Positions 48,845 to 59,842 are shown, counted from the stretch's first letter. The stretch is DNA of 64,000 nt from an uncultured Pseudomonadales bacterium (GCA_964457085.1 CAYWDM010000004.1:8131-72130), one strand, 5' to 3'. Numbers and translations: made by a program. The notes: generated by a model from the sequence alone, not told the origin.

Positions 48845-49564
48845 TTATTGCAGTTTTCTGCCACGCAGCAGTGTGACCGTCGCAAATAATCTTACCAAGG
48901 TGTGCTTGATTGGAGATTGCTTCACTCGTCGAAATGATGAAAAAACCACAAATTTCCAGTCATACAGAGCTTTGACCTTTTCAGCTCGTAAACGCATCGC
49001 CAGATCCACGTCATCCGGCAACACATACTCCTGATTACAAATAGATTCATCAAACCCACCCACAGTAGTGAATGGTTTCTTTTTGATTGCAAAATTTCCT
49101 CCAGGAAACTGGTCAACGCCTGTGAATAGCTTAAAAAGCCAGTGATGCACTAAAAAATACCTCAGTTTATTAGTGACAAACTCAGGCCAAAAACCATCTT
49201 GATCGTAGATATATGGACCTGCTATTAGATCAATTGTGCGATCGTTTTGAAATGCATTACAAATTTTTTGTAGCTGCTTGGCTGGCAATCGACAATCAGC
49301 ATCTACAAAATATAAAATGTTAGATTTTGCTGCCCTAGCTCCAGTATTTCGTGCAACTGTGGCACCAGGTTTTTTTTCAGTAATCAATTGCACCGGCCAT
49401 TTCGCAGCAATTTTGGCTGTCACATCACTAGAATTGTTATCCACCACAATAACTTGATACTGAAAATCTGTGACCTGGGCAAATATTGATGCCAGACAAG
49501 CATTAATATATTTAGCTTCGTTGTAAGCGGGAATAATAATTGAAATTTGTGGAGTGGTTCGCAT
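48845..49564 (-). CDS. GT2 glycosyltransferase
   Basis: SIIIPAYNE, VVDNNSSD, ARNTGA, VDAD, GGFDE, DD. Confidence 0.88.
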   Translation of the reverse strand: MRTTPQISIIIPAYNEAKYINACLASIFAQVTDFQYQVIVVDNNSSDVTAKIAAKWPVQLITEKKPGATVARNTGARAAKSNILYFVDADCRLPAKQLQKICNAFQNDRTIDLIAGPYIYDQDGFWPEFVTNKLRYFLVHHWLFKLFTGVDQFPGGNFAIKKKPFTTVGGFDESICNQEYVLPDDVDLAMRLRAEKVKALYDWKFVVFSSFRRVKQSPIKHTLVRLFATVTLLRGRKLQ

Positions 49565-50242
49565 TCAGACCCCAAGCAATAAGTTCATCCAATACCCAAC
49601 TTTTTGAAAATCCATCACCCAATCGTCGCCAATTTTATTGCAACAGGGAGTTTTAATACCATAATATGGCCCATTCAAATTGCCATCGACATTGAACCTA
49701 AATAGCAGCCCCTGATAATTTAAATTGGTTTTTAAAATCTCCGGTCTTGCCAGCAGTTTTGATTTAACCGCTTCAGTACTATATTGCTCACCCTTTTTCC
49801 ATAACTCTTCTGGTCCAACTGACAGCCAGTAATTAAAAACACTACTGTTTACGGATTCTACGGGAGTATTTAAGAGATATTCGCTGCCAATTACCTGAGA
49901 ATCAATCGTCTCGATACAGCTTTTGAAGCTGTGATATCCGTAAAATAAATCAAGGGTAATTTTGATGAATTGTTCTGGGTCCTGCAATCTGCAGCTTTTA
50001 TCCAAGAAAAGTGTCAATACAAATCGTTTGTCATCATCCGTGGAGTTCCAGATATATTCAACAATTAGTATCTCGAAGGCTTCTTTATTTAAATACTCAG
50101 CAATCTCATCCACGGTTGGTCGTGCGGATGCTACTGAAATAATCCAGGCGTCTTCGTATTTTCTATCTTTAGCAAACTGGATTACATCTGGTTTGGCAGT
50201 TATTACCTCGCTAAGTAGAGATTTGAGATTTTGCATTACCAT
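49565..50242 (-). CDS. Hypothetical protein
   Basis: 225-aa ORF abutting its neighbours on the same strand; no family recognised. Confidence 0.65.
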   Translation of the reverse strand: MVMQNLKSLLSEVITAKPDVIQFAKDRKYEDAWIISVASARPTVDEIAEYLNKEAFEILIVEYIWNSTDDDKRFVLTLFLDKSCRLQDPEQFIKITLDLFYGYHSFKSCIETIDSQVIGSEYLLNTPVESVNSSVFNYWLSVGPEELWKKGEQYSTEAVKSKLLARPEILKTNLNYQGLLFRFNVDGNLNGPYYGIKTPCCNKIGDDWVMDFQKVGYWMNLLLGV

Positions 50243-50244
50243 GC

Positions 50245-50736
50245 TTAAGCTAAAACCGTACTGTATCTCTCGATTTCATAGCCAACAGATGCATAGCTAT
50301 CATCATCTCTCTTAACATCACAAGTAAGGTTGAGTTTGACACGATCGAGTGTCTGAAATTCACCAGAAAAACCTTTGTACAACATACTGTTGTAACTCAT
50401 GCCGTTAGAAACTCGTACTCGGTATAAATTAAAGACCTCTCTGAGTCCTGCCACATGCTGAGTATCATGGGTAATGGTCACTTCACAACCTTCTTCCAAC
50501 GATGATCGACGGACATTAACTGTGCATGCTAAGCCACCACCAGATCGCATAATACTGACTCTCAATTCTCTTCTATCAGCACTTTCACTAATGTTTGATA
50601 AGTCATAGCTATGTGAAGCGTATGCACCTTGTTTGGTATAGACAACACGCATACCGCTGCTTGAAACCTTTACCGGAGTGGAAGTACTCCACATAAATCC
50701 TACTAGTGCGACTGCGCACATTGAGTGTGGTTGCAT
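50245..50736 (-). CDS. Hypothetical beta-rich protein
   Basis: 163-aa ORF with AAGGT SD and TATAAT upstream; no family recognised. Confidence 0.55.
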   Translation of the reverse strand: MQPHSMCAVALVGFMWSTSTPVKVSSSGMRVVYTKQGAYASHSYDLSNISESADRRELRVSIMRSGGGLACTVNVRRSSLEEGCEVTITHDTQHVAGLREVFNLYRVRVSNGMSYNSMLYKGFSGEFQTLDRVKLNLTCDVKRDDDSYASVGYEIERYSTVLA

Positions 50737-50970
50737 GATTTACCTTAATTCTTTAGTTATTCTTTTAATATACAGACAAGTGAATTATAGCCTATTCCAC
50801 CCAAGGTGTGCTAAATTAATGCTAACTATTGCAAAAAACAGCAGTACCAGAAAAGCACGAGGCAAATCTTCTCGTGTCTACCTAGTTGCTGAAGGTCAGT
50901 GGCAAGCAAGCTAAGTTATTTCAGATAATCCACTTACTCTTACAACTAAGACAGAGTTTTTAAATACCAA

Positions 50971-52749
50971 TTATTGAATAATTCTTACTCCGCCCAAATC
51001 CTCAAAACTAAAACTATGTTTTTCGTGAACTGTCCCAATAAATACATTATTTCTGGGCACATGATATCTAATTGCGTAAGCCTTAACTACCTCTGGTCCG
51101 AAAGGTAAGTCCGTCTCGATATCTAAGTTAATTTCTAGATTCTTAAATACTCTGGCAGATTTGAAAAATGCCACATATTGCTCGAAAGTTTCAGTCCACT
51201 TTTGGGCCACAGCCACATCTGGTTGACAAAATACCACCGTAATTCTTCTGCTGGTTTCATTCCGCCGGATGTATTCCAAGGAATCATAAAGCTTGGTAGG
51301 AGAATGGGCGAACAAAATAATTCTGGGACCAATGACATGATTGAGCCAAGTCCCAATCCGCTGGTTTAACCAAGGCCAAGTTTTTGAATATTTGAGTAAC
51401 GCCTCCAGGACATAATCGCGATAAATCATGGCCTGAACTAAAACAACTGCTGGGACAAAATAAACCGCGAAGTATAAGACATTTTTAGGATCAATCATGA
51501 TGTTGCCCACAATGCCAGCAATGGTAGCTCCAGCCGCCAAAAAAACATACAAGATAGGCCCTTGATAGGTCCGCTTCAAATCAGATCGGTTTTCCCGCAA
51601 AATTAAATTCCCGATGGCAAAAAAGGTCATCACGCCTAAAAAGCTAATGGTGTAAACCCCAGCCAATGACAATAACTCTCCACCAGTCATGACCAAAATA
51701 GAAAGACACAGCAAACCAAAAGCCACTATGATTCTAGTAGAATTTTGGTTTCGAGCTTTTAATTTTGGCAGCAAGATGGAACTCGGCAAACAGTGATCTA
51801 AAGTCATCCGGTAAAGCAAACCCGTGGCCCCCACAAAACTGGCTAGCACCGCTCCTGACAAGACCAAAAAAGCGTCAATTACCACCAAATATTGCAAGCC
51901 CTTACCGCCCAGGATATTTGCAGCTTCTGCCAAGACAAAATCTTTTGATCCGGCTATCTCTGGCAAACTCAAGCTAGCTAAGACAACAAAAGTGATTAAT
52001 GGATTAAAAAACCAGACTCCCATCAACATATTTCGGAGGGTATTTCTAAAGACACCGGGCTTTTGCTCTTCCACAAAGTTGGCACTGCTTTCAAAGCCAG
52101 ACACACCTAGAAGTGAAGCGGCAAAAGCCAAAAACAACAACTTAGCAGCTCCCTGCTCTGCAAATAAAATATGGGTGGCCTCTAGATTAGCTGGAATCAG
52201 CCCCCAACCTTGGTTGATCACTGTGATAATGCCATAGCTAATCACCAAAAACATGGTTAAGAGATGTATCCCAAAAATCCCCTGGGCCACTTTAGCACTG
52301 TCTTTCACGCCCATGATGGTTAGGCCGGCAAAAAAGATAATAATCACCGCTGTCAGTGGTAAAACTGGCACACCAGTTAAAACTGTTTGCAGATAGGCAC
52401 TAGCAGTTTTAGCAGAAATCACACTAGTGGCCACATAGGACAAAACAGTCATCACTCCAGCGATGGCAGCTGGTGATTTACTAGTGGCATTCAACAAACA
52501 ATTGTAAGCTCCGCCATTGAGGGGCAAAGCCTCAACCACTTCAGTGTAAACGTGTTTGTAAAAAAACAGCACTCCAACAATGGCAAAAAACACAAATGGG
52601 GCATAGGCGCCCGCAAACAAAATGGCGATACCAGACACATACAAACAGGACGACAAAATATCGTTACCCGCGATAGCTGTTGAGGCTAATTCAGATAGCT
52701 TGAGATGCTCAGCTGGTTTAACTGAGCTGGACGATGGCTGGGCAGACAT
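50971..52749 (-). CDS. APC family amino acid permease with C-terminal cytosolic domain
   Basis: AIAGNDILSSCLY, LPLNGGAY, GVSGFESSAN, about 12 TM. Start MSAQP after CATACT. Confidence 0.85.
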   Translation of the reverse strand: MSAQPSSSSVKPAEHLKLSELASTAIAGNDILSSCLYVSGIAILFAGAYAPFVFFAIVGVLFFYKHVYTEVVEALPLNGGAYNCLLNATSKSPAAIAGVMTVLSYVATSVISAKTASAYLQTVLTGVPVLPLTAVIIIFFAGLTIMGVKDSAKVAQGIFGIHLLTMFLVISYGIITVINQGWGLIPANLEATHILFAEQGAAKLLFLAFAASLLGVSGFESSANFVEEQKPGVFRNTLRNMLMGVWFFNPLITFVVLASLSLPEIAGSKDFVLAEAANILGGKGLQYLVVIDAFLVLSGAVLASFVGATGLLYRMTLDHCLPSSILLPKLKARNQNSTRIIVAFGLLCLSILVMTGGELLSLAGVYTISFLGVMTFFAIGNLILRENRSDLKRTYQGPILYVFLAAGATIAGIVGNIMIDPKNVLYFAVYFVPAVVLVQAMIYRDYVLEALLKYSKTWPWLNQRIGTWLNHVIGPRIILFAHSPTKLYDSLEYIRRNETSRRITVVFCQPDVAVAQKWTETFEQYVAFFKSARVFKNLEINLDIETDLPFGPEVVKAYAIRYHVPRNNVFIGTVHEKHSFSFEDLGGVRIIQ

Positions 52750-52835
52750 AGGGTCCAGTATGACGAAGAACTTTTCAAGTGACAAGCGGATTTAAATGTG
52801 AAGACCATACTGCATTCAGATATCAATCGAGAAAT

Positions 52836-53891
52836 TTACTGAGTAAAACACTCCATGTGTTCCTTTTTTAGGTTTTGAAAAATTTCCTGAGCAATAGTAG
52901 CATGACCTTGAACGCTTGGATGTCCATCAGCTACGATTTCATTCCTTTCAATAATATTGGGAACTGTAGCAGCGAAAGTAACGTTGTGATACCTTTTTTT
53001 TAGTTTAGGCCAGGCAAAAAATGTTTCATTTTGAATAAAAGTGAATACCTTCACTTGGTCATGCGGTATCCAAGAGAAGAAATCATCATAATACGTTGTC
53101 AACACACTCGTGTAAAACACGTCATGTGAGTATAATTGGTTTACTCGCATATGAGCATCATCCGAACACTGTCTAGCCGCCACTGCTTTTGAGTCATCGT
53201 CTGGGATCGACTCCACCTTTTCTTTTAGACATTGGTCAATAATGGGAGTCATGACTTCGTTATATCGAAAAAATCCAGTTGAACTTTCAAACCAAATCAC
53301 TAAATCTGGGTTATATTTCCTACCGGTTCTTTTGAATCGTTCAACGATATAAGGCACGTCATACCCAGCTACTCCTAGGTTCAAAACTTCAAAACGCTGC
53401 CACTTGCAGTCAGAGGTCATTTCCTTATTTAATGTGGCTTCCAACTGCTTGGGCCAACTATCAGAAGTGTTAACGTACAGTCCGTACGTAAAAGAGTCAC
53501 CGAGCGTTATGATCCTAAAAACATTAGGGCTTTTCTCGACGTTATGATTATTTTCATCATTTAAACCATCATCATTTATAGTATACCGAGCGGAATATGG
53601 TAACCAACTTGGGTGGTCTTCATATTGATTCCCAGGAGCTGGTTCGTAGTATTGCGAGAATGCCGTGTCAGTCGGAAAAATAAGATTATGCTTTCTGATA
53701 ACAACTGGAGTCACCGCTTCATCCCCCAGTACTCGTCCGTACTTCAGTTTAGTATGGTAGAACCACAGGAGAAAAATACTGCCAACAACAATTTCGATTG
53801 TAACCAAAGTGAACAAAAAGAGGTGCTTTTTGGAGAGGAACTGCTCAGAAGTTGAGTTTGGTGCGAGATGGGACAGAAAATTATCCGGCAT
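52836..53891 (-). CDS. Membrane-anchored SGNH/GDSL hydrolase
   Basis: TLGDSFTYG, NLGVAGY, DGHP. Confidence 0.8.
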   Translation of the reverse strand: MPDNFLSHLAPNSTSEQFLSKKHLFLFTLVTIEIVVGSIFLLWFYHTKLKYGRVLGDEAVTPVVIRKHNLIFPTDTAFSQYYEPAPGNQYEDHPSWLPYSARYTINDDGLNDENNHNVEKSPNVFRIITLGDSFTYGLYVNTSDSWPKQLEATLNKEMTSDCKWQRFEVLNLGVAGYDVPYIVERFKRTGRKYNPDLVIWFESSTGFFRYNEVMTPIIDQCLKEKVESIPDDDSKAVAARQCSDDAHMRVNQLYSHDVFYTSVLTTYYDDFFSWIPHDQVKVFTFIQNETFFAWPKLKKRYHNVTFAATVPNIIERNEIVADGHPSVQGHATIAQEIFQNLKKEHMECFTQ

Positions 53892-54098
53892 TTTAATAGT
53901 AAGAGCTGTATGTGTCCCATTACTATATATCTACAAGCGAAATATGTAAGGATTGCTTTGCGAAGAGGGCGGAAGGAGAGGTCGCTGAATGCGACATTAG
54001 GCATGCACTCCGTGCTTGCCGGCAGGACCATCTTTCGATAGTCACTCACCACATCCATCAACGCTCGCCAATTCTAGCTTCGCTAGACTGGCGACCGT

Positions 54099-54191
54099 TG
54101 CGGAGCATGTGGGTCTGGAACCCTGTGTCACTATAACACCATGCTTAGTCTAGAGGTGATTATACGAGAAATGAGACAAATGAGACAGTAC
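54099..54191 (-). repeat. 93-bp dispersed repeat, copy 1 (promoter plus tRNA-like structured element)
   Basis: TGCGGAGCATGTGGGTCTGGAACCCTGTGTCACTATAACACCATGCTT (48 nt) is identical in all three copies; GAGACAAATGAGACAG at the other end. Confidence 0.95.
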
Positions 54192-54291
54192 AGTAAGATC
54201 AAATTTTGATCTCAAACTACGAAATTAACTGGCATCAAGGTATTTTAGGTAACTATAGCCAAATTGTGTCAAAGCATGCCCCGCTCCAGAA

Positions 54292-54630
54292 GTGCTATTG
54301 TATGTGGGTACACCGGTTCGATATACCATTATTCCTAAGTTAGTTAATTCTGGCATTGGGTTGAGTAGTTCAATTATTGGCTTCATAACCAGTGCTGTTG
54401 GACTCTCCGCGCTACAAGTCTGTGGGTTTGGAACACCTATGTGTGGCGCAAGTATTGGACTTAGTCTAATCTCAGCTGTTTTGCCAAACTTTGCTCTACA
54501 GTTTCTCATTAGTCACGGCTTAAGCATTGTGTTGGTGACAATGATTATCCAGCTCATTGGTCTGTACAGCATGAAATGTTTCAAAATCAATCACTTGCAA
54601 GCTTGTGATAATAAGAGTGGAATTGATTGA
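54292..54630 (+). pseudogene. Probable 5'-truncated membrane protein fragment
   Basis: Hydrophobic segments with CGFGTPMC; no convincing start or RBS; lies next to repeat copy 1. Confidence 0.4.
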
Positions 54631-54634
54631 TTTT

Positions 54635-55318
54635 CTATCTAGCACAGCGCTCAAAAGCAGGTAAGTGCATTTCTTTAGATGCTTTGGCTAGAGAAATGAA
54701 AACAGTTTTAATGTCTTCATACTGAAGTTCTGGAATCATCCTTTGATACAATGCATCGTTATCAATTTCTGCTGTTACTCCAACTTGGCAAACTTCTTGC
54801 AGAGTAGCTGGCAGTGCACCTACTTGAGTTGTGTCTTTAGGAATCTCAACTCCATATTTATCAAACAAAGCTAAGAGCATTGAAATGTGTTGTTCTTCTG
54901 CTCGTGCAATATTGATGAATGGTTTAACTGAGCCAAATTTTGCCATGGTAGCTTGATAAGTCGCTAATGCTTTACGTTCGTCAGCTAAGGCTAGGTTAAG
55001 ATATTCAACAGTTTTCTCGTCTAGCTTGGAAACTGGATAATCAGCATCTTCAGCTAACAAACAGCCATCCATAAGACAATTTTCTTTGTTTACTTCTTGT
55101 GCTGATTGGCTACCGTTCATTCTGCCTTTTCCACCCCCTTGACCACGACCATAACCAAGAGGACCATAATTTTCTGCTACTTGAGTCTCCTGTGATTTTT
55201 GTTTTTGACTTTGGTTTAGCCACTGAAAGGCTACAACTCCCAACAAAAGAATTACAAAAAGCGACAAAATGGGGACAATTGGCAACGAGGACGCTGAGAT
55301 CTGGACAGATTTTTTCAT
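54635..55318 (-). CDS. Membrane-anchored ferritin-like DUF2202-type protein
   Basis: ALADERKA, PFINIARAEEQH, AEIDN, SKEMHLPAFERC; Gly-rich linker. Confidence 0.75.
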   Translation of the reverse strand: MKKSVQISASSLPIVPILSLFVILLLGVVAFQWLNQSQKQKSQETQVAENYGPLGYGRGQGGGKGRMNGSQSAQEVNKENCLMDGCLLAEDADYPVSKLDEKTVEYLNLALADERKALATYQATMAKFGSVKPFINIARAEEQHISMLLALFDKYGVEIPKDTTQVGALPATLQEVCQVGVTAEIDNDALYQRMIPELQYEDIKTVFISLAKASKEMHLPAFERCAR

Positions 55319-55333
55319 AAATTCTTTCTCTTT

Positions 55334-56068
55334 TTATTTTGTAAAATATTTATACAACCAACCGAACATACTTTTGGTTTGACTTTCGTTTACAACAGTG
55401 TCCTGTAATTGAGTATTTTGTTCTGTCAAATCCTGAATAGTTTCCTCAAGCATGGCGATATCGCTCTGGTTTGCTAATTGAGTTTTTAATTCAGTAAGTT
55501 GCTCGATACGCAATTGATTTTCTTCAATTTGTTTTTCAACATCCTTCAAAGCTTTATAGTCTGGTCCTATTAGGGACTTTAAAAGACCTTTACGATTTCC
55601 TACTTGATCTAGTTGAGCCTTGACTTGTTCTTGAGCTTGTTTTTGTTGTGTGGCGATTTGCTTAACTTGTTCACCAATACCACCTTTCATGGTTTTATTG
55701 GTTAATAACTCTTCAACCTGATTGGCCACATCACTCATCTTTTCTTCTGCCATGTCGTTGCGAGGAGATTCGTTTTTTGCAATTCCACTACCTACGACAG
55801 TGCTTGTTTCTTCTTTTGTTTCCACTTTAAGTTGTGAATCTTCACCCTGGTTTTTAGTTTCGATTTGATTCTTCACTTGCATTGTTGGTTGAGAAGGAGC
55901 AGTAGTGGTTTTTTGTGTACCAGCGCTAGTGCCTTGACCTGCAGATCCTTGACCGACGGTGTTTCCAGCTCCCCCATCGCTATCGCTGTTTTTTGCAGCT
56001 TGAACAAATGTTACAAGAGATAAAAAAATCACAGTAGCTAAAAAGATTGATAAGTATCTGTTTTTCAT
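55334..56068 (-). CDS. Secreted coiled-coil hypothetical protein
   Basis: Signal peptide, Gly/Thr/Gln-rich linker, GGIGEQV..LIGPDYK..SMFGWL. Confidence 0.75.
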   Translation of the reverse strand: MKNRYLSIFLATVIFLSLVTFVQAAKNSDSDGGAGNTVGQGSAGQGTSAGTQKTTTAPSQPTMQVKNQIETKNQGEDSQLKVETKEETSTVVGSGIAKNESPRNDMAEEKMSDVANQVEELLTNKTMKGGIGEQVKQIATQQKQAQEQVKAQLDQVGNRKGLLKSLIGPDYKALKDVEKQIEENQLRIEQLTELKTQLANQSDIAMLEETIQDLTEQNTQLQDTVVNESQTKSMFGWLYKYFTK

Positions 56069-56267
56069 AATTTTGCTCCATATTTAATGTTAGTCTTTAT
56101 TTATCTCTTGTGCAAAAGATATTCGCTCAGTTTGTGAGAGTTGCAAACAAAAAAACAACCTGTTACACGGCTGTAGAACCGCAAAATGTTCAAATCAAGG
56201 AAATTTAGCAAGCCCCATCAACCCATTCAGCGGTAATAGAAGGGTCTATCAGGACATTTTCGAAACT

Positions 56268-56360
56268 TGCGGAGCATGTGGGTCTGGAACCCTGTGTCAC
56301 TATAACACCATGCTTCGACTAGAGGTCATTATACGAGAAACGAGACAAATGAGACAGTAC
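56268..56360 (-). repeat. 93-bp dispersed repeat, copy 2
   Basis: Four mismatches to copy 1, all outside the invariant 48-nt core. Confidence 0.95.
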
Positions 56361-56508
56361 GACAACTATCGATTTTACGATAGTCCCATCAAGTTTTCAA
56401 TTTAATCTCATCATCATCCTCAGTCTCTTGTTTTTAATTCATACATTTTTGGCATACCAACTTTTTAAGTGCAACTAATGAATTAAACTGCGAAAAAATT
56501 CCTGTATC

Positions 56509-59500
56509 TTGATTGCTGACACTACCCATGATGTACTACTTGATATGGCATTGTCCGAGCAAATTTTGCACTCAAAACAGCAAGTTAAACAATATGCTGT
56601 TGGAGGTATTAGCCAGTTAAGTCAAATTATCGATGCAGGGGGCCATCTAGACACAACAAGGCCAGATAAACTATCGCAAATTGCTGCTGAAACCAAGCAA
56701 TTCATCTCAGAATACCTTGAAAATGAATCACTCCCAGTGTCGATGAGAAGTGAGGTGTTGTGTGTGCTTAAAACACTGTTGACTATTCCAGCACCCGCTG
56801 ATCAGGTTGCCTACTTACAGAGAATTAGACCGCTACTTGAGGAAGCAGCTGGCAATGAAGTATTGTCAAACAGAAAAAAAGAAGCTGAGAATATCAAGGT
56901 ACATGAGGCAATCACTGGTCTTGAGAATTCAGGACAAAACAGTGAGTATTGCATGATACCACTGATGAATTTCTTAAGTGACACAAAGCGACAAAAACAA
57001 ATTGAACCGTTTGTGACTGACAGTCTGGATACCTGCCTGGAAAAAGAACATGCGACGGCTGCTGCCATTTTTCTAGCTATTCCAGAAAATCAAGTAGGCA
57101 GAGACAAAGAAGTGGCACAATTGCTCGAGACAATCAAAAAAAACAAAAAACGTGCTGAAGACCTTCGCCTATCACCATGGTGGACATACGCAGCCCTGGT
57201 TTTTTTCGCAGATGAAAGAAACAGAAACTTGGATAGTGCACTATTTTCAGACACTGTGGACAGCATTGACGAAACGTGTGAGCGAAAACAACTTGATGAG
57301 AAACTCTCTGAACATATCTGTGCATTTTTGGTACAGAACACCAATATGGAACAATTTTCCCGGTGGTTTGATGCAGTTATTCAAACAAGCTCTGCTTACT
57401 GGGTTGTTCCCAACAATTTTTTTAACCATCCCGATGCCTGGAATGGAAACGAACAGATAGCGATTGAGTTGAGAAAAAAAGCTATTGCAGGTAATCAATG
57501 GGGTGTGTTGATTCAACAATGCACCAATCCGAAAGTTCCAAAGCCGGGAACAGTTGCAGGTGAAGAACAATACGAAAGCAATATCATGGACGAGATTGTT
57601 CGTGATGAGATACGAGGAAGACACGGTAACGTAAATGACGCAGTCATACTGAGATACATGGCACATCCCGAACACCATGTGGATATCTATGATCAGGATA
57701 CTGTCAATCAAACAATAGCTGCAAATCTAGAGGGTGGCACAGATACTGACTATATGGCAGTTGTAGATTTTTTTAATGAATCAAATGTCCAAAACTTTTC
57801 ATCAGCCACAACTGATATGGCAAATAAGGTGGTCAATCGAATCTCTGACCATATGCTCCGTGCCAAATCGCTCGGTTTGCTCAGAACGTATCTAACTGAT
57901 GAAACCTTACCAACTACACTACTAGAAAGTGTGCCCGCAGATTTAGTCATTACGGTCGTGGCATTTAAGCTACTCGGAGTTGACGAAAATGTAGTCAGAT
58001 CTTGGCAACTTGATGAGGAAAACATTACTTCACTTTTACCCAGCCTAATTCACTTAGCCGAGATGCCTGCAAATAGAAACATGTTTGCCGACATTGCTCT
58101 TCCATTCGTGCCTAGAACCAGAGAAAGTGGCAGAAAAGTATTGGTCGAAAAAATAACTCAATGGCTCAATAAATTAGATTTTTTGAATAAAGTTCCCAAG
58201 GAACTTGGTGGTAAAGAACTGGTTGAGGATCACTTAGAGAACATTAAGACATTGCAAAAAGAGCACGCTATCTCTGACGCAACTAACACCATTGATCTCA
58301 CGGTTTTAAGAAAGTTTCAAACAGAGTTGCAGAGCATGGGGGGTCAGTTAGTTGAGAAACTCACTCAACTCATCAGACTTAAAGAAGGCATCTCATACGC
58401 ACAGGTTGAGCAGTTCATTAAGGACTGGAATGGCGATATTTCCTGCGTCATCATCCTCTCCGCCCATTACAGCACCAGCTATGACGATGGTTTGACGTAC
58501 TTAGGACAAAAAATCACCGAAATAATTGAGGGTCAGGCAGAGTCGAATAGATATGATCTCTCCAATCAACTCACCAAACAACAACTGCAACCATTACTGC
58601 GAAACCCAGAAGTAATTGAGCAGGAAAAAGCCATAGCAGTCTGGAAAGATCCAGCGTATAGTTTGAAAATTGAATCAAGCCAAGTAAAAAAAGCTGCTGT
58701 ATCAGACTATGATCTGACACAAAAAGTGTCCGCAGAACTCCGACAAAGAGTTACCACCCAAGGACATTTTCACGCAGAAAAACTGCAAGAATTAATCGTC
58801 GGAAGTACCAGTGTAGAACAAGCCCAAAAGATTACCCAATTGATTACGGCATGTGTCCAAATAAATACTGAACAACCAAAAAACCTCATTGGACAAGTAG
58901 TGCAAGAACTCAAGCAATCATCACTAAGTAAAGAGCGCCAAACACTAATAATGGGTTTGGCACAATTACTACGCGAGATATCCCTTGGAAGAGAGAGCGC
59001 TTCAAATCTAGCCAACACTGCACAAAAACTTGTTGCCAAAATAACGAATGAATGGCCGGAACTAGCAGAAATTGACCTGATTAATCAAGACCTCAAAGTC
59101 TACGTCACCAACGAGTTTGATGCTGCTGATAAAGAATCTGCGCAAGTATCTCGCGCAGAACTATTTGTGTGCTACACCACGGATAATCCCAAGACTCTTC
59201 TGGAAATTGGCCGTTATCCAAACTCCGGTTCATGTCAAAATTATGAGTCGACTGGAAGCTACAACACGGGTTTGCCAGGCTATGTGTTCGATGCGCACAT
59301 CCAAGCAGCATGCATCTCAAGCGTGACACTCCCCGATGTTCTACAAAATAATCCTGAAGCATTAACCAACGCTTCCCTGTCTGACGTAGATCTTAACCTC
59401 GGCACAGCGCAGCTGCGACTCGAAAGTGGTAAAACATTCGCTGTGAAGATATCCAAGCCAATCGCCCGCAAGATGATACTTTTAGCATCCTCAACAAATA

Positions 59501-59781
59501 ACGAGCGTGCAGACATGCCAACTCTACTGGCAGAACCAACATATGCCGACCCAGGAGTAGCAGATGCAACTATTGAGCAGACATTGGAAGATACTATAAC
59601 TGCAAAAAGGAGCGCCCTCTCCAAACAACTTGGACTACCAGTTCTAGGAAATACTGATGCCAAATCAGGTGGCTATATGACAACAATCGCCGGCAGTCAC
59701 AACCCAAATGGTCACTATAATGACCTTGCATTTGGCTTACGTGGTGACAATGGTGAGAAATACGAAATTTCGCTTAAATAA
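56509..59781 (+). CDS. Large orphan protein (about 1080 aa), helical with Cys-containing C-terminal domain
   Basis: Long uninterrupted ORF; start may be ATG 56545; C-terminal TDNPKTLLEIG..GSCQ..ARK..EPTY block. Confidence 0.8.
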   Translation: MIADTTHDVLLDMALSEQILHSKQQVKQYAVGGISQLSQIIDAGGHLDTTRPDKLSQIAAETKQFISEYLENESLPVSMRSEVLCVLKTLLTIPAPADQVAYLQRIRPLLEEAAGNEVLSNRKKEAENIKVHEAITGLENSGQNSEYCMIPLMNFLSDTKRQKQIEPFVTDSLDTCLEKEHATAAAIFLAIPENQVGRDKEVAQLLETIKKNKKRAEDLRLSPWWTYAALVFFADERNRNLDSALFSDTVDSIDETCERKQLDEKLSEHICAFLVQNTNMEQFSRWFDAVIQTSSAYWVVPNNFFNHPDAWNGNEQIAIELRKKAIAGNQWGVLIQQCTNPKVPKPGTVAGEEQYESNIMDEIVRDEIRGRHGNVNDAVILRYMAHPEHHVDIYDQDTVNQTIAANLEGGTDTDYMAVVDFFNESNVQNFSSATTDMANKVVNRISDHMLRAKSLGLLRTYLTDETLPTTLLESVPADLVITVVAFKLLGVDENVVRSWQLDEENITSLLPSLIHLAEMPANRNMFADIALPFVPRTRESGRKVLVEKITQWLNKLDFLNKVPKELGGKELVEDHLENIKTLQKEHAISDATNTIDLTVLRKFQTELQSMGGQLVEKLTQLIRLKEGISYAQVEQFIKDWNGDISCVIILSAHYSTSYDDGLTYLGQKITEIIEGQAESNRYDLSNQLTKQQLQPLLRNPEVIEQEKAIAVWKDPAYSLKIESSQVKKAAVSDYDLTQKVSAELRQRVTTQGHFHAEKLQELIVGSTSVEQAQKITQLITACVQINTEQPKNLIGQVVQELKQSSLSKERQTLIMGLAQLLREISLGRESASNLANTAQKLVAKITNEWPELAEIDLINQDLKVYVTNEFDAADKESAQVSRAELFVCYTTDNPKTLLEIGRYPNSGSCQNYESTGSYNTGLPGYVFDAHIQAACISSVTLPDVLQNNPEALTNASLSDVDLNLGTAQLRLESGKTFAVKISKPIARKMILLASSTNNERADMPTLLAEPTYADPGVADATIEQTLEDTITAKRSALSKQLGLPVLGNTDAKSGGYMTTIAGSHNPNGHYNDLAFGLRGDNGEKYEISLK

Positions 59782-59842
59782 GAATCCACGGCTACTCTTA
59801 CCTCCATACAAGGCACAGTTGTGTTTCATCTGCTATTCCCTA

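Noticed and set aside
54099-54150. Complete tRNA or tmRNA gene
   Set aside because: No D arm or anticodon arm, an imperfect T stem and no tag ORF; only the 3' end is reminiscent.
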